From Thermodesulfobacteriota bacterium (GTDB lineage: Bacteria > Desulfobacterota_D > UBA1144 > Nemesobacterales > JAJCZQ01), in NCBI GenBank assembly GCA_965203965.1, contig CBDBDR010000017.1, positions 864,911 to 928,910 of the forward strand: DNA of 64,000 nucleotides, read 5' to 3'. This document shows, piece after piece, positions 53,004 through 63,293 of the stretch. The notes under the pieces were generated by a model that was given only the letters and a program-made list of their open reading frames with translations, was not told where the DNA came from and ran no database searches. Positions within the stretch are counted from its first letter, which is position 1. Every line of letters begins with the position of its first letter. A program made the translations under genes and the position numbers.

Positions 53004-54092
53004 GTGAAATTAAGATCCCTAAAACTGAGGAATTTCAGAACTTATGAAAATCTGAACATCTCCTTCCACAATAAGTTTAATCTTTTCTACGGTAACAATG
53101 CTCAGGGGAAAACCAACCTCCTTGAAGCCGTTTACTATATCTGCTCGTTCAGATCATTTAAGTCAGCTAAAAATGAGGAATTGATAACTTTTGGACAGGA
53201 AAATGCCGGAGTAAAGGGCGAAATAGTATCAAAACATGGATTTGATGAGATCAACATTCACATAAACAGGAGCAAAAAGAACATAAAACTGAACGGCAAA
53301 GTAGTTTACAAGCTCAGCAGTCATCTGGGACGATTTGGAGTAGTACTTTTTGTCCCAAAAGATCTGGAAATTGTCAGAGGCTCACCGGGAGTAAGACGCC
53401 GTTACATTGACGCTCTTGTATGCAACCTGAACGCAGATCACGTAAATGACCTCAAAAGCTACAACAAGATCATAAGCCACAGGAACAAGATCCTTGCTAG
53501 TCCAAAAAATATCAACAGTAATATGCTTGAAGTATTGGATGCAAAAACTGCTGAAACAGGGGCAAGCCTAACGGCAAGAAGACTAAAGATAATAAATGAC
53601 CTGACAAAAAGACTTGGCGAGCTTTACAACTCCACCTCCGGCGTCAGTGCAAAAATTGACATAGCTTATAAAACGTCTTATGAGAGAGATAGAGATATTC
53701 AGGGTTCAATATTGAAGTCGTTAAAAAAAAATTTTAATAAAGACCGAGCAAAAGGACATACCACCGCTGGGCCACACAGAGACTACGTGGGCCTAAGGAT
53801 AGACGGTAATGATACAACGGTATATGCCTCACAGGGTGAATCCAAGAATTTTGTTCTTGCCCTAAAAGCTGCTGAAATAAATATCTATGAATCAACAAAA
53901 GGACAAAAACCGATCCTTCTACTTGATGATATTACCAGCGAGCTTGATAGGAGCAGAAAAAGTTTTTTATTTCAACTTTTAAGAAACTACGATGGACAGG
54001 TATTTGTAACTTCAACCGGGGCAGACGAAATCCCCTACAAAGGAGATAAAAAAGTTTTCAGAGTAACAAAGGGTAAGGCACAGGAAGTTTGA
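53004..54092 (+). CDS. recF: DNA replication and repair protein RecF
   Basis: N-terminus LKLRNFRTYEN and Walker A GNNAQGKTNLLEAV. The ABC signature and D-loop (LLLDDITSELD) are present. The likely GTG start at 53004 (VKLRS) is in frame with the longer ATG ORF that begins at 52956. Confidence 0.8.
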   Translation: MKLRSLKLRNFRTYENLNISFHNKFNLFYGNNAQGKTNLLEAVYYICSFRSFKSAKNEELITFGQENAGVKGEIVSKHGFDEINIHINRSKKNIKLNGKVVYKLSSHLGRFGVVLFVPKDLEIVRGSPGVRRRYIDALVCNLNADHVNDLKSYNKIISHRNKILASPKNINSNMLEVLDAKTAETGASLTARRLKIINDLTKRLGELYNSTSGVSAKIDIAYKTSYERDRDIQGSILKSLKKNFNKDRAKGHTTAGPHRDYVGLRIDGNDTTVYASQGESKNFVLALKAAEINIYESTKGQKPILLLDDITSELDRSRKSFLFQLLRNYDGQVFVTSTGADEIPYKGDKKVFRVTKGKAQEV

Positions 54093-54164
54093 TTTATGCG
54101 GGAAACGTGCGATCAGACGCTTTCCAGTTAAAATAAACTCAGTTTCTGACAAATGGAGATAAAA

Positions 54165-55055
54165 ATGAATGTAAAAATCATGGATTTAAATTTTTTTGGA
54201 ACTGAGACAATTGCATCCTACCTTGTAGAAACAAGCGAGGGACCTTTTATCATTGAGACGGGACCTGCTTCTACTTTTGAGAATCTTGAAAAAAGTATTT
54301 CCAACAATGGTTATAAAATTTCGGATATAAGCAACGTATTTGTAACTCACATACACCTTGACCATTCCGGTGCAGCGTGGAAGTTTGCAAAAGAAGGTGC
54401 CACAATTTACGTGCATCCGAGAGGTGCCCCGCATCTTATTGACCCCGAAAGGCTTATGGCTTCCGCAACAATGATCTATGGAGACAGGATGGATGAGCTT
54501 TGGGGTAGAGTTGAAGGAATAGATGAAGATAAGGTAATTCCTACTGAGGACGGGCAGGTAATAAAAATAGGCAACGTTGAGATACAAGTGCATGAAACAG
54601 CAGGACACGCCAACCACCATAACGCATACCTTATAGAGAATAACCTTTTCACGGGTGACGTTGCAGGGTGCAGAATTGCGGACGGTCCGCCAATCCCGCC
54701 AACACCTCCCCCGGAAATACACGTTGAAAGGTGGCACAACTCTGTGGATAAGATACGCAGTATAGATCCCGAGGCACTTTACCTCACACATTTTGGAAAA
54801 TTCACAAACGTAAAAGAGCATTTGGATAACCTTATAAAAACCCTTGACGAATGGTCAGTTTGGATGGGTGAAAGGGTAAAAAATGGGAAACCGGAAGAGG
54901 AAATCACACCTGAATTTCTTGAATTTTACAGGACGTATTTTAGCAAATTTGGCACATCAGAGTCCGTGTTTGAAAAATACGAATCAGCTGACCCTCATTG
55001 GATGAACGTCGGAGGACTTATAAGATACTGGAACAAGTATAAACTGGCTGAATAG
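54165..55055 (+). CDS. MBL-fold metallo-hydrolase
   Basis: HxHxDH motif (THIHLDHSG) and later His/Asp ligands. GGAG RBS 7 nt before the ATG at 54165. Confidence 0.8.
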   Translation: MNVKIMDLNFFGTETIASYLVETSEGPFIIETGPASTFENLEKSISNNGYKISDISNVFVTHIHLDHSGAAWKFAKEGATIYVHPRGAPHLIDPERLMASATMIYGDRMDELWGRVEGIDEDKVIPTEDGQVIKIGNVEIQVHETAGHANHHNAYLIENNLFTGDVAGCRIADGPPIPPTPPPEIHVERWHNSVDKIRSIDPEALYLTHFGKFTNVKEHLDNLIKTLDEWSVWMGERVKNGKPEEEITPEFLEFYRTYFSKFGTSESVFEKYESADPHWMNVGGLIRYWNKYKLAE

Positions 55056-55125
55056 CCTCAATGGTTTATCAACCTGTGTCTATTGCTGTTTTGATAATTC
55101 ATAGTTACAATTGACCTTTTTTGAT

Positions 55126-55202
55126 CGGGGCGTGGCGCAGTTGGCTAGCGCGCGGCATTTGGGATGCCGAGGTCGGAGGTTCAAGTCCTCTCGCCCCGAC
55201 CA
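55126..55202 (+). tRNA. tRNA-Pro (anticodon TGG)
   Basis: Acceptor CGGGGCG/CGCCCCG, anticodon stem CGGCA/TGCCG with loop TTTGGGA, T-arm GGTTCAAGTCC, encoded CCA. Confidence 0.85.
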
Positions 55203-55210
55203 TTATTACA

Positions 55211-55372
55211 TCATACCCTCTCCACAACCATAGCTATCCTCATTTCTCCCCCTATGCAGAGAGATACCATTCCATACTTGGCATTCTTATCACTATTAAG
55301 TTCATAAAGAATTTTATAAGCATTATGGCTCCCGTTGCCCCAACGGGGTGTCCAAGTGCAATTATAACGGGA
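55211..55372 (-). pseudogene. decayed duplicate of the 3' end (last ~53 codons + stop) of the thiolase gene
   Basis: About 93% nucleotide identity to 55754-55915. It begins exactly at the stop codon and carries a 1-nt deletion that shifts the frame. It abuts the 3' end of tRNA-Pro. Confidence 0.7.
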
Positions 55373-55500
55373 CACGTAAAATGGCACAATGAGACAAAAA
55401 ACCGAAAAATGACCGAGACGAAAATTAAGTAAATTACTCAATTTTTATTTCAAGGGGGTATTTGCCCTCATTTTTGCCCCGCTTTTTGAGGAATTTAAAC

Positions 55501-55577
55501 GGAAAAATAATCGCTTGTTAAACACCGTTTAAATCCCGTTTAATCCCCATTTAAAGCATCAATAATTCCGCCAAAAG
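55501..55577. repeat. 76-bp repeat element, copy 2 (inverted partner of 10454-10530)
   Basis: Reverse complement matches copy 1 at 75/76 positions. It sits between the thiolase fragment and the intact thiolase 3' end. Confidence 0.75.
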
Positions 55578-55753
55578 ACCTCTCTAATCCGAGCCTTATT
55601 GGAATTGAGAAAAGCAAAAAATATGTTGATATGGCAAAAAAGAGACTGAAAAAAATTATGGCTATGCCAGAATCACAATTAAAAACATGGATAATAAAAT
55701 TCCATCACAAACATTATTTGTAAGTTGATTAATCAAAAGAGCCTTTACTATTA

Positions 55754-56950
55754 TCATACCCTCTCCACAACCATGGCTATCCCCATTCCTCCTCCTATGC
55801 AGAGAGATACCATTCCATACTTGGCGTCCTTATCACTATTAAGTTCATAAAGAAGTTTTACAAGCAATATGGCTCCCGTTGCCCCAACGGGGTGTCCAAG
55901 TGCAATAGCTCCACCATTCACGTTTAACTTGTTTTGCGGAATTGGAAAATCCCTTAACACCGCAAGGGACTGTGCCGCAAAGGCTTCGTTCAACTCATAA
56001 ATATCTATATCTTCAATACCCAGTCCTGATCTATCCAGTGCAGCCTGCATTGCCGAAACGGGACCAATTCCCATAATAGCCGGATCAACTCCTGAAACTG
56101 CATAAGATCTTATTAACCCCAGTGGTTTCAGTCCTAATTTTTCAACTTTTGATTCAGAAACCACTATCATGGCGGCAGCACCGTCGTTGATCCCTGAAGA
56201 GTTACCGGCAGTTACCGTTCCATCTTTTTTAAACACGGGTTTCAACTTATTTAGCTGTTCGGAAGTTACAGAAGGACGGGGATGCTCATCAGTTTCAAAT
56301 TTTGTGGGATCACCTTTTCTCACTGGAATAAAAACAGGAACGATCTGATCCGCAAACTTGTTATTCTCCAGTGCAGATTTGGCTTTTAGCTGACTGTTGT
56401 GTGCAAACTTATCCTGCTCTTCTCTGGATATCTCATACTTTTGTGCAAGATTTTCCGCGGTAACTCCCATGTGGTAATTGTTGAACACGTCCCATAGACC
56501 ATCGTAAACCATCCCATCTATCAATTCGTCAGACGGCGAAGACATCTTGTATCCCCATCTTGCTTTCTTCAAGTAAAAAGGTGCCTGGCTCATATTTTCA
56601 ATTCCCCCTGCGATGATACAGTAGCAGTCTTCTGCCTTGATAGCCTGTGCGGCGTGTATAACGGACTGCAAACCTGAGCCACACATCCTGTTGATCGTCA
56701 TTGCAGGAGTTTCAAACTTTAATCCAGAATTGACTGCCACCTGCCTTGAAGGATTTTGACCCAATCCCGCACCCAGTATATTGCCCATTATACAATCGTC
56801 TATTTCATTTGGATCAATGGTCGTTTCGTTTATGATCTCTTTAACAACTACCGTTCCCAGATCAACGGCAGAAACATCTTTTAAACTCCTCCCAAATGAA
56901 CCGATTGCTGTCCTGAGTGGTTTGCAAAGTAAAACATCTTCCATGACCAA
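55754..56950 (-). CDS. acetyl-CoA C-acetyltransferase (thiolase II)
   Basis: Thiolase active-site regions (NRMCGSGLQ, GHPVGATG, CIGGGMG). 398 aa. Confidence 0.9.
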   Translation of the reverse strand: MVMEDVLLCKPLRTAIGSFGRSLKDVSAVDLGTVVVKEIINETTIDPNEIDDCIMGNILGAGLGQNPSRQVAVNSGLKFETPAMTINRMCGSGLQSVIHAAQAIKAEDCYCIIAGGIENMSQAPFYLKKARWGYKMSSPSDELIDGMVYDGLWDVFNNYHMGVTAENLAQKYEISREEQDKFAHNSQLKAKSALENNKFADQIVPVFIPVRKGDPTKFETDEHPRPSVTSEQLNKLKPVFKKDGTVTAGNSSGINDGAAAMIVVSESKVEKLGLKPLGLIRSYAVSGVDPAIMGIGPVSAMQAALDRSGLGIEDIDIYELNEAFAAQSLAVLRDFPIPQNKLNVNGGAIALGHPVGATGAILLVKLLYELNSDKDAKYGMVSLCIGGGMGIAMVVERV

Positions 56951-56959
56951 CCTCCCTTG

Positions 56960-57742
56960 TCAGCATCCCCTGAAATCTGCTTTTCTTTTTTCAAGAAATG
57001 CACTCATCCCCTCTACTCTGTCTTGCGAATCAAAGCATTCAAGTCCGTTTTCCAACTCATATTCAAGTCCTTGTGAAATATCCATGTCAGATCCTCTATT
57101 AATTACCTTCTTTGCAAGACTGACTGCCAAAGGACTGTTGGTTGCGATCTGGTTGGACATTTTCCGTGATTCCTCAATAAGCTCTTCTTGCTTAACCACC
57201 TTGTCAACAAGACCTATCTCAAGAGCCTCATCTGCAAGGATCATTTTGCCGGTAAAGATCAACTCTTTAACCTTTCCAAGTCCCATAAGCCTCGTACCCC
57301 TCTGGCTTCCACCCCAGCACGGAAAAAGTCCCAGCCCGGTTTCAGGAAAGCCGATCTTTACATTGTCAGAAGCTATACGTATATCACACGCAACAGCAAG
57401 TTCACAACCTCCCCCTAATGCGTAACCATTTATTGCTGCAATAACGGGAAACGGTGCTTGCTGCAAACCGTTAAAAATACCGTGTGCAGCCTTGGAGTAG
57501 TTTTCAAACTCTCCTCTTGTCATCTCACACATTTGCCCAATGTCCGCACCGGCAACAAAGGCTTTTTTTCCTGCTCCTGTAATGATCAAGCCCTTCAGGT
57601 TTTCGTCTGGCATTTGCTTATCTACAAACTTTTCAAGCTCCAGAACTGTTTCATGACTTAAAACGTTCAAAGATCTTTCTTTGTTAATTGTCAATAAACC
57701 AACGCCGTTCTCTTCCTTTTTAAATAATAAATCCTTATACAT
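56960..57742 (-). CDS. enoyl-CoA hydratase (crotonase)
   Basis: Crotonase fold (AAINGYALGGGCELA, GLFPCWGGSQRGTRLMG). Confidence 0.85.
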   Translation of the reverse strand: MYKDLLFKKEENGVGLLTINKERSLNVLSHETVLELEKFVDKQMPDENLKGLIITGAGKKAFVAGADIGQMCEMTRGEFENYSKAAHGIFNGLQQAPFPVIAAINGYALGGGCELAVACDIRIASDNVKIGFPETGLGLFPCWGGSQRGTRLMGLGKVKELIFTGKMILADEALEIGLVDKVVKQEELIEESRKMSNQIATNSPLAVSLAKKVINRGSDMDISQGLEYELENGLECFDSQDRVEGMSAFLEKRKADFRGC

Positions 57743-57768
57743 GAAAGCCCTCCTTACAAAATATGATT

Positions 57769-58629
57769 TTAGCTATACTCAAAGAAACCTCTCCCAGATT
57801 TTCTCCCCAAGTATCCCAACCTTACCATCTCTTTCAGCAAAATAGCTGGCCTAAATTTAGGGTCTCCAAACTCGCGGTAAAGCACGTTCAACACGTCAAG
57901 CGTTACATCCAGCCCGATTAGATCTGCAAGCGACAAGGGCCCCATGGGGTGATTTGCCCCAAGTTTCATAGCCGTATCAATATCTTCAGCAGAGGCAACA
58001 CCTTCTTCCAACACAAAAATTGCCTCATTGATCATAGGTAGCAATATCCTGTTTACTACAAATCCTGCTCTATCTTTAACTACAACTGGAGACTTGCCGA
58101 GGGCTACTACAAAATCCATAGCTGAATTGAGAGTTTCAGGTGAAGTTTTTGCAGTCTTTATTATCTCCACAAGGCTCATTACTGGGGCAGGGTTAAAAAA
58201 ATGAATGCCCAAGATATTTTTCGGTTTACCCGTGTTCACGGCAAGCTCCGTAACGGGGAGCGTGGATGTATTGGTTGCGATGATTGATTCTCTGTTAGTA
58301 TTTTTCTCTATTTCCTTAAAAACCGTCTTCTTTACGCTCAAATCCTCACTTACCGCCTCAACCACAAGGTCTGTATGACCCAAGTCCGCATAATTTCCAG
58401 TGGTATGGATCCTACTAATGATCTCGTTAGCCTCATCCGCTGTGATCTTGTCCTTCTCTGCAAGCCTATCCAGATTCTTGCGTATTTTCTGCAAAGCAAG
58501 TTCGGCAAGATTTTTATCTAAATCCAAAAGGATCACTTCTATATCTTTTGAAGCTATCAACTGGGCAATCCCTGAACCCATCGTTCCCGATCCTACAACA
58601 CCAACCTTAGCCGAATTAAATTTTGTCAA
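57769..58629 (-). CDS. hbd: 3-hydroxybutyryl-CoA / 3-hydroxyacyl-CoA dehydrogenase
   Basis: N-terminal Rossmann VGVVGSGTMGSGIA and a 3HCDH C-domain. Confidence 0.9.
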   Translation of the reverse strand: MTKFNSAKVGVVGSGTMGSGIAQLIASKDIEVILLDLDKNLAELALQKIRKNLDRLAEKDKITADEANEIISRIHTTGNYADLGHTDLVVEAVSEDLSVKKTVFKEIEKNTNRESIIATNTSTLPVTELAVNTGKPKNILGIHFFNPAPVMSLVEIIKTAKTSPETLNSAMDFVVALGKSPVVVKDRAGFVVNRILLPMINEAIFVLEEGVASAEDIDTAMKLGANHPMGPLSLADLIGLDVTLDVLNVLYREFGDPKFRPAILLKEMVRLGYLGRKSGRGFFEYS

Positions 58630-58641
58630 CCTTTTTTCCTT

Positions 58642-59790
58642 CTAAAGAGATTCAGATAGTATCTGCCTTGCAATTACAATCCTTTGTATCTCGGACGTGC
58701 CTTCATATATCTCGGTTATTTTGGCATCCCTGAAATAGCGCTCCACAGGATAATCAGTCGTATACCCATTTCCCCCGTGTATCTGTATAGCTTTAGTAGC
58801 CGCCCACATGGCCGTCTCCGACGCATACAGTTTGGACATGGCTGAGTATTTAGTGTATTTCTCTCCACTGTCTTTCATCATTGCTGCTTTGTACGCAAGC
58901 AATTTGGAGGCTTCCACCCTTGTTGCCATATCCGCAAGCATAAATTGTATTCCCTGAAAATTAGATATTGACCCACCAAAAGCCTTTCTTTCCTGTGAAT
59001 ATTTTATTGATGCTTCAAGGGATGCCCGTGCTATTCCCACGGCTTGTGCTGCAACCCCTATCCTCCCTCCGTCAAGCGTCTTCATTGCAATTCTAAAACC
59101 CTCGCCTTCCTTTCCAAGAATGGATTTTGCCGGCAGTCTGCAATCCTCAAAAATAAGCTGCGTGGTGCTTGTGGCTTTTATACCGAGTTTATGTTCTGAT
59201 TTCCCAAGAGAAACACCCGGATTATCCAGATCGACAATAAAAGCCGTGAGACCTCTACTTCCTTTCGACCTGTCAGTTGACGCAAAGAGTATTGCCACCT
59301 CTGCTTCAGCACCACTGGTAACCCAGCATTTTACTCCATTTATAATATAATGATCACCTTCTTTTCTCGCACTCGCCCTTATGCTCGCCGCATCCGAACC
59401 CGATTCAGCTTCACTCAGCGCAAAACAGCCTATAACGTCACGAGAAAATGCAGGAAGATATTTCTTCTTTTGCTCTTTTGTCCCAAAATCCAAGATCGGA
59501 ATACAAGCAAGAGAGTTGTGTGCCATAACAATTGTTCCAGTTGACGCACAGGCTTTGGATATTTCTTCAATCACAATTACATAAGACAAACTGTCAAGAC
59601 CACTACCCCCGTATTCTTCGGGTATAAAATGCCCCATAAATCCGAGTTCAAATAACTTTTTAACAGTCTCAGAAGGAAAAGCAGATTTCTTGTCAATCTC
59701 AGAAGCGACAGGTTTAATTTCAGTCTCAGAAAAATCAGAAATAAGCCTCCTGATCATCTTCTGTTCTTCTGTCAGACTTGCGCTAAGCAT
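58642..59790 (-). CDS. acyl-CoA dehydrogenase (short-chain/butyryl-CoA type)
   Basis: ACAD motifs ([22 protein letters not shown]). 382 aa. Confidence 0.9.
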   Translation of the reverse strand: MLSASLTEEQKMIRRLISDFSETEIKPVASEIDKKSAFPSETVKKLFELGFMGHFIPEEYGGSGLDSLSYVIVIEEISKACASTGTIVMAHNSLACIPILDFGTKEQKKKYLPAFSRDVIGCFALSEAESGSDAASIRASARKEGDHYIINGVKCWVTSGAEAEVAILFASTDRSKGSRGLTAFIVDLDNPGVSLGKSEHKLGIKATSTTQLIFEDCRLPAKSILGKEGEGFRIAMKTLDGGRIGVAAQAVGIARASLEASIKYSQERKAFGGSISNFQGIQFMLADMATRVEASKLLAYKAAMMKDSGEKYTKYSAMSKLYASETAMWAATKAIQIHGGNGYTTDYPVERYFRDAKITEIYEGTSEIQRIVIARQILSESL

Positions 59791-59874
59791 GGATTCACCA
59801 TCTTTTTATTGATGATTGAGAGCTGGTGAGCAAGAAGGAATTATAATGCAGTCTGGTAAACAAATCAAAAATTC

Positions 59875-62832
59875 TCAACTTTCCGTAAATATGCGAGAAG
59901 GATCCCCGATCCAGTAATCCTTATAAGACTCCGGGGGATTGGCACCAGGATTGTAAAGAAGTAGGTTTACCGAAACATTGTATTTCCCATGTTTGAAAAC
60001 ACGAACCTTGTCGTCTTCTGAGAAAAATTTTTTGTAGCCGTCAATTTTATGGCAGGAAGCAGTATATTCGTCTCCCTTTGGATCAACGAACACAATCCGG
60101 TATTCATTCTTTTTACACATCCAGAATACAAAATCGGGTAGAAAACGGCGATATTCGTTTTTATCCGAATCGTAGTAGGGAATATGAACATTGTCCAAAG
60201 ACTCATCTATCTTGCTGAACATCCAGGCGTCCCACCCCGTTTCATTGTTTTGCAACCATTGTTCCAAATCGTTAAGAAAGTCAGCCTCGCTTTGGGTTTT
60301 AATTATGTGCTGTATGTAATCCGCCGTGTCATTTCCCAAAATAACGGGCAGATAGTAGTGATTGGCAAGTTTCTTAACCGTCAATTGCAGATAGGTTTCC
60401 TCATCTGACCCCTGAGAAATATCGTTGAATTGTTCAAGCGAAATCTTTCCTTGGGAAAGTCGTCCCGCCGCTTTCCTTATTTCCTCGCCAGATGCTTTCC
60501 CTTTTTCAACATTTGCTATTTTTTCTTGAAGTTCCCGATAATGTTCCGGATGAACGCGAATGTGGCGAAAATGAACAATGTCTTTGTCCTCATCCATTTT
60601 CCGAACGCCGTCTGAGACTTTGACGGATTTAGTAAGGTGGGACAAAAAACGCTCTTGCAGAAAAGGAATCATCGCATAAGGTTTTCCCTGAATTTCCACG
60701 GCGCTCAAACATCCTACCGTATCGCGTAATTCTGCAATCTGCGAAAACACAAGTCCATCTCGCACTGCAAAGACGGAATCCGACGTTCTGTCTATCCATG
60801 CTTTGAATCTACGCAATGTTTCTTCGCTCATTGAAAACGGAGACCTGACCAAATTCCCCTTATCTTCCCGATATTCTGGGATCAACAACGGCATCTCCTC
60901 TCCTTCAACTTCAGGTATCAGTGCCTTTTCAAAACCTTCCAGTTTTTCAAAGTCTGGGTGTTTCTCTGTTTCCAATCCTTCCAGCACGGCTTTCACGGCC
61001 TTGCGATTGGTGGCAAAGAGAAAAAGAGTTTCCAACGGGGCTATTTGGTCGTGATGAGACTCTAATGTGGTCTTTTTTTCTCCCTCTAGAATTGGTAACA
61101 AATAGGCGAGACGGCGACGATGTTTAGGAATCGGCTCTAAGCGAACACCTCGCCCGACGGACTGCACAACAAACTTCTTCGCATCACTACCGCCGATATT
61201 GATAAAATTAATAACGTTGGGACGATTGGAATCCCAACTTTCAAAGAAGGTGCGAGAGCCCATCAGAATTGTGATTGGGCTTTGCTCCAATCCGTCAAAA
61301 AATGATTGCTCCTGTAATGCGGTTGTCTCTTCATATCCGACCAGAATTTTATTGCGCCACTTTGTAGTGTCGCCAATGCGTATAAGCGCAAAAGGAGAGT
61401 CAGCATTCTTCATCTGGAAAGCCAACTCTTTATTGTCACTACTACGAATATACTCTAACGCTCCCTTTTTCCGGCTGAGGAAAATTGCCGCACGTAAATC
61501 GGTGATTTTCATCGTTTTAATCGGGGTTTCATCAATACCGATAATCCCGCCACCGTCTTTTCCAAAAAGAAGAGGTGTATTTTTCCAATCTTCAATCAGT
61601 TCCTTTTTTGAATCTTCAAAAATTTTCCTGTCAATCTCACCTGTGGCGATTTCACGTAAGGTTTGAAAGAACGCCCATAAATCGTTTCTTTCGTTCTCAA
61701 TATCCGTATTTACAGAGTTAACCAAAGTCAACATAAGAGGAAGGTGATACAGTTCATTAAAACCGGTATTCTCCCGAAGCATATCAACCCGCATGGATAC
61801 ATAAGCAAGAGTTATGAGGGACTTCAAAACGATTTTTTGTCTCTCCGCATGGCTGATTTCCTCTCCTCTATTTCTGAACGCGATATATTCCCTTTCGTTC
61901 AGGTAAATACTTTTTCCATAGCCATTTTTTGTAAAGTCCTCCAGATTGTATTTTTTAACGGTTGTTACAATGTCCTCTCTGTCGGTAAACGTAGCGGAAA
62001 AATTAAAAAGAAAACCCTCCCGTGCCATAACTTTGTAATACGCCTGCCGCTTGGAATCTTCCTTGCCACCCTTGTGCGCCTCATCTAGAAGCACGTACCA
62101 CTTGCCACCGTTTTCATAAGTTCGGTAATCTGTCAGTGCATCTTTTTGAACATCAGAAATGTTGTCGCTACGGTGATAATAGACCGTCACAGTTTCTCCA
62201 AGCCGCGCTTGACGGCTACGGTGCATTTCACGAAGCGGAACAAGATCAATATGCAAACCGGAGCGGTTAAACTCATCTACGGTTTGCCGGATTTGTTTGA
62301 GCAGATGCTTACTTGGTGCAAGTATAAGAATGTTATGAAGCGGAATTTCACCGTGCTTTTGCAAGGAATGTAGATATTCAATCAGCTTGACCATGACCAG
62401 CGTTTTACCGCTCCCCGTAGCCATCCAGAAACACATGCGGTTTATAAAATTCCAATATGGAATTTCATCTCCAAAGGAACGAATGTAATCCGCGAGAATT
62501 CGGAACACAGGACTTTGTTTGTCATTATTTCTGTCAGTCCGTGTTTCATACTTCTGTATATGCGGAATACCCGCGTCTTTATATAGATCACTAAAACTTC
62601 TCTTACGTTTATCTTTTACCGAAAGTGGTTCGCTGGGAGACCAATTATTGTCGTCTTTTCCGTAATGCAAATAAAGAGCGCGGGCAGCGTTCCTTAAAGC
62701 ATTCGCCTGATAATCGTAAAGCGTCTTTTCAGTAGAAAAACGCTCAATGTCAGGAACACGCCAAGTTTCCGGCAGGTCGCCGTAGTTCAGGGATTGGGTT
62801 ATAAGTTCAAGAGATAGCATTAAAACTTCCAC
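59875..62832 (-). CDS. SF2 DEAH-box helicase with C-terminal PD-(D/E)xK-like nuclease motif (type III restriction Res-like)
   Basis: Helicase motifs: Q-like YDYQ, motif I MATGSGKT, motif II LLDEAH, motif III FSAT, motif VI QSVGRGVR. The C-terminus carries PDFVFW...IVFVDPKG (PD...D-x-K). 985 aa. The start overlaps the upstream gene by 13 bp. Confidence 0.75.
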   Translation of the reverse strand: MEVLMLSLELITQSLNYGDLPETWRVPDIERFSTEKTLYDYQANALRNAARALYLHYGKDDNNWSPSEPLSVKDKRKRSFSDLYKDAGIPHIQKYETRTDRNNDKQSPVFRILADYIRSFGDEIPYWNFINRMCFWMATGSGKTLVMVKLIEYLHSLQKHGEIPLHNILILAPSKHLLKQIRQTVDEFNRSGLHIDLVPLREMHRSRQARLGETVTVYYHRSDNISDVQKDALTDYRTYENGGKWYVLLDEAHKGGKEDSKRQAYYKVMAREGFLFNFSATFTDREDIVTTVKKYNLEDFTKNGYGKSIYLNEREYIAFRNRGEEISHAERQKIVLKSLITLAYVSMRVDMLRENTGFNELYHLPLMLTLVNSVNTDIENERNDLWAFFQTLREIATGEIDRKIFEDSKKELIEDWKNTPLLFGKDGGGIIGIDETPIKTMKITDLRAAIFLSRKKGALEYIRSSDNKELAFQMKNADSPFALIRIGDTTKWRNKILVGYEETTALQEQSFFDGLEQSPITILMGSRTFFESWDSNRPNVINFINIGGSDAKKFVVQSVGRGVRLEPIPKHRRRLAYLLPILEGEKKTTLESHHDQIAPLETLFLFATNRKAVKAVLEGLETEKHPDFEKLEGFEKALIPEVEGEEMPLLIPEYREDKGNLVRSPFSMSEETLRRFKAWIDRTSDSVFAVRDGLVFSQIAELRDTVGCLSAVEIQGKPYAMIPFLQERFLSHLTKSVKVSDGVRKMDEDKDIVHFRHIRVHPEHYRELQEKIANVEKGKASGEEIRKAAGRLSQGKISLEQFNDISQGSDEETYLQLTVKKLANHYYLPVILGNDTADYIQHIIKTQSEADFLNDLEQWLQNNETGWDAWMFSKIDESLDNVHIPYYDSDKNEYRRFLPDFVFWMCKKNEYRIVFVDPKGDEYTASCHKIDGYKKFFSEDDKVRVFKHGKYNVSVNLLLYNPGANPPESYKDYWIGDPSRIFTES

Positions 62833-63293
62833 CCTTCTTTTGTCATAAATCCAATTAAATTCTCACACTCTATAAAATATTCCCTGCATATAACCGGAAT
62901 ACATGGAGCATTGGGTTTTTCTTTTTCTTGTGTTACGACACACCCCTGCATGGAATGTGCAAGTGCTATAATAAAAGGATCTGCCACAGGGTTTCCAGCA
63001 ACAATATTTCTGCTTTTTATCAGTTTTTGCCAGTGTGCATTTTCGAATAGCTCTCTAACAAATTTAGTCTGTTTTTGATCGGGAATGTGAAACAATGCAG
63101 AATTATGTTTTGCCCAATCAGCTAAACTGTCATCTCTTTTGTTAATTTCACGACGCGTTTCCCTAACTGAAAGAATGTCTCCACCTACCACCATACCATC
63201 AAATTTCTCCCACAAAGTTGTGAAAACATTTCTGTCGTAATTTCCACCTCTAAATAATGTAATGAAAGCACTTGTGTCAAAGATATATTTCAC
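62820..63293 (-). CDS. PIN-like domain protein (DUF4411-like)
   Basis: 157 aa. N-terminal YIFDTSAFI and a C-terminal acidic PVADPFIIALA, consistent with a PIN-like fold. The stop overlaps the helicase start, and the start overlaps the upstream peptidase stop. Confidence 0.5.
   Translation of the reverse strand: MKYIFDTSAFITLFRGGNYDRNVFTTLWEKFDGMVVGGDILSVRETRREINKRDDSLADWAKHNSALFHIPDQKQTKFVRELFENAHWQKLIKSRNIVAGNPVADPFIIALAHSMQGCVVTQEKEKPNAPCIPVICREYFIECENLIGFMTKEGWKF

Noticed and set aside
54186-54821. 211-aa minus-strand ORF
   Set aside because: It is fully embedded antisense within the MBL-fold hydrolase gene, which has clear HxHxDH motifs. It is a shadow ORF.
55121-55432. 103-aa plus-strand ORF starting inside tRNA-Pro
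   Set aside because: It spans the tRNA and lies antisense to the decayed thiolase fragment, so it is not a gene.
55441-55753. Possible small gene or integrase remnant between the thiolase fragment and the intact gene
   Set aside because: There is no ORF over about 30 codons with an RBS in either strand. The region is treated as a non-coding spacer containing the 76-bp repeat.
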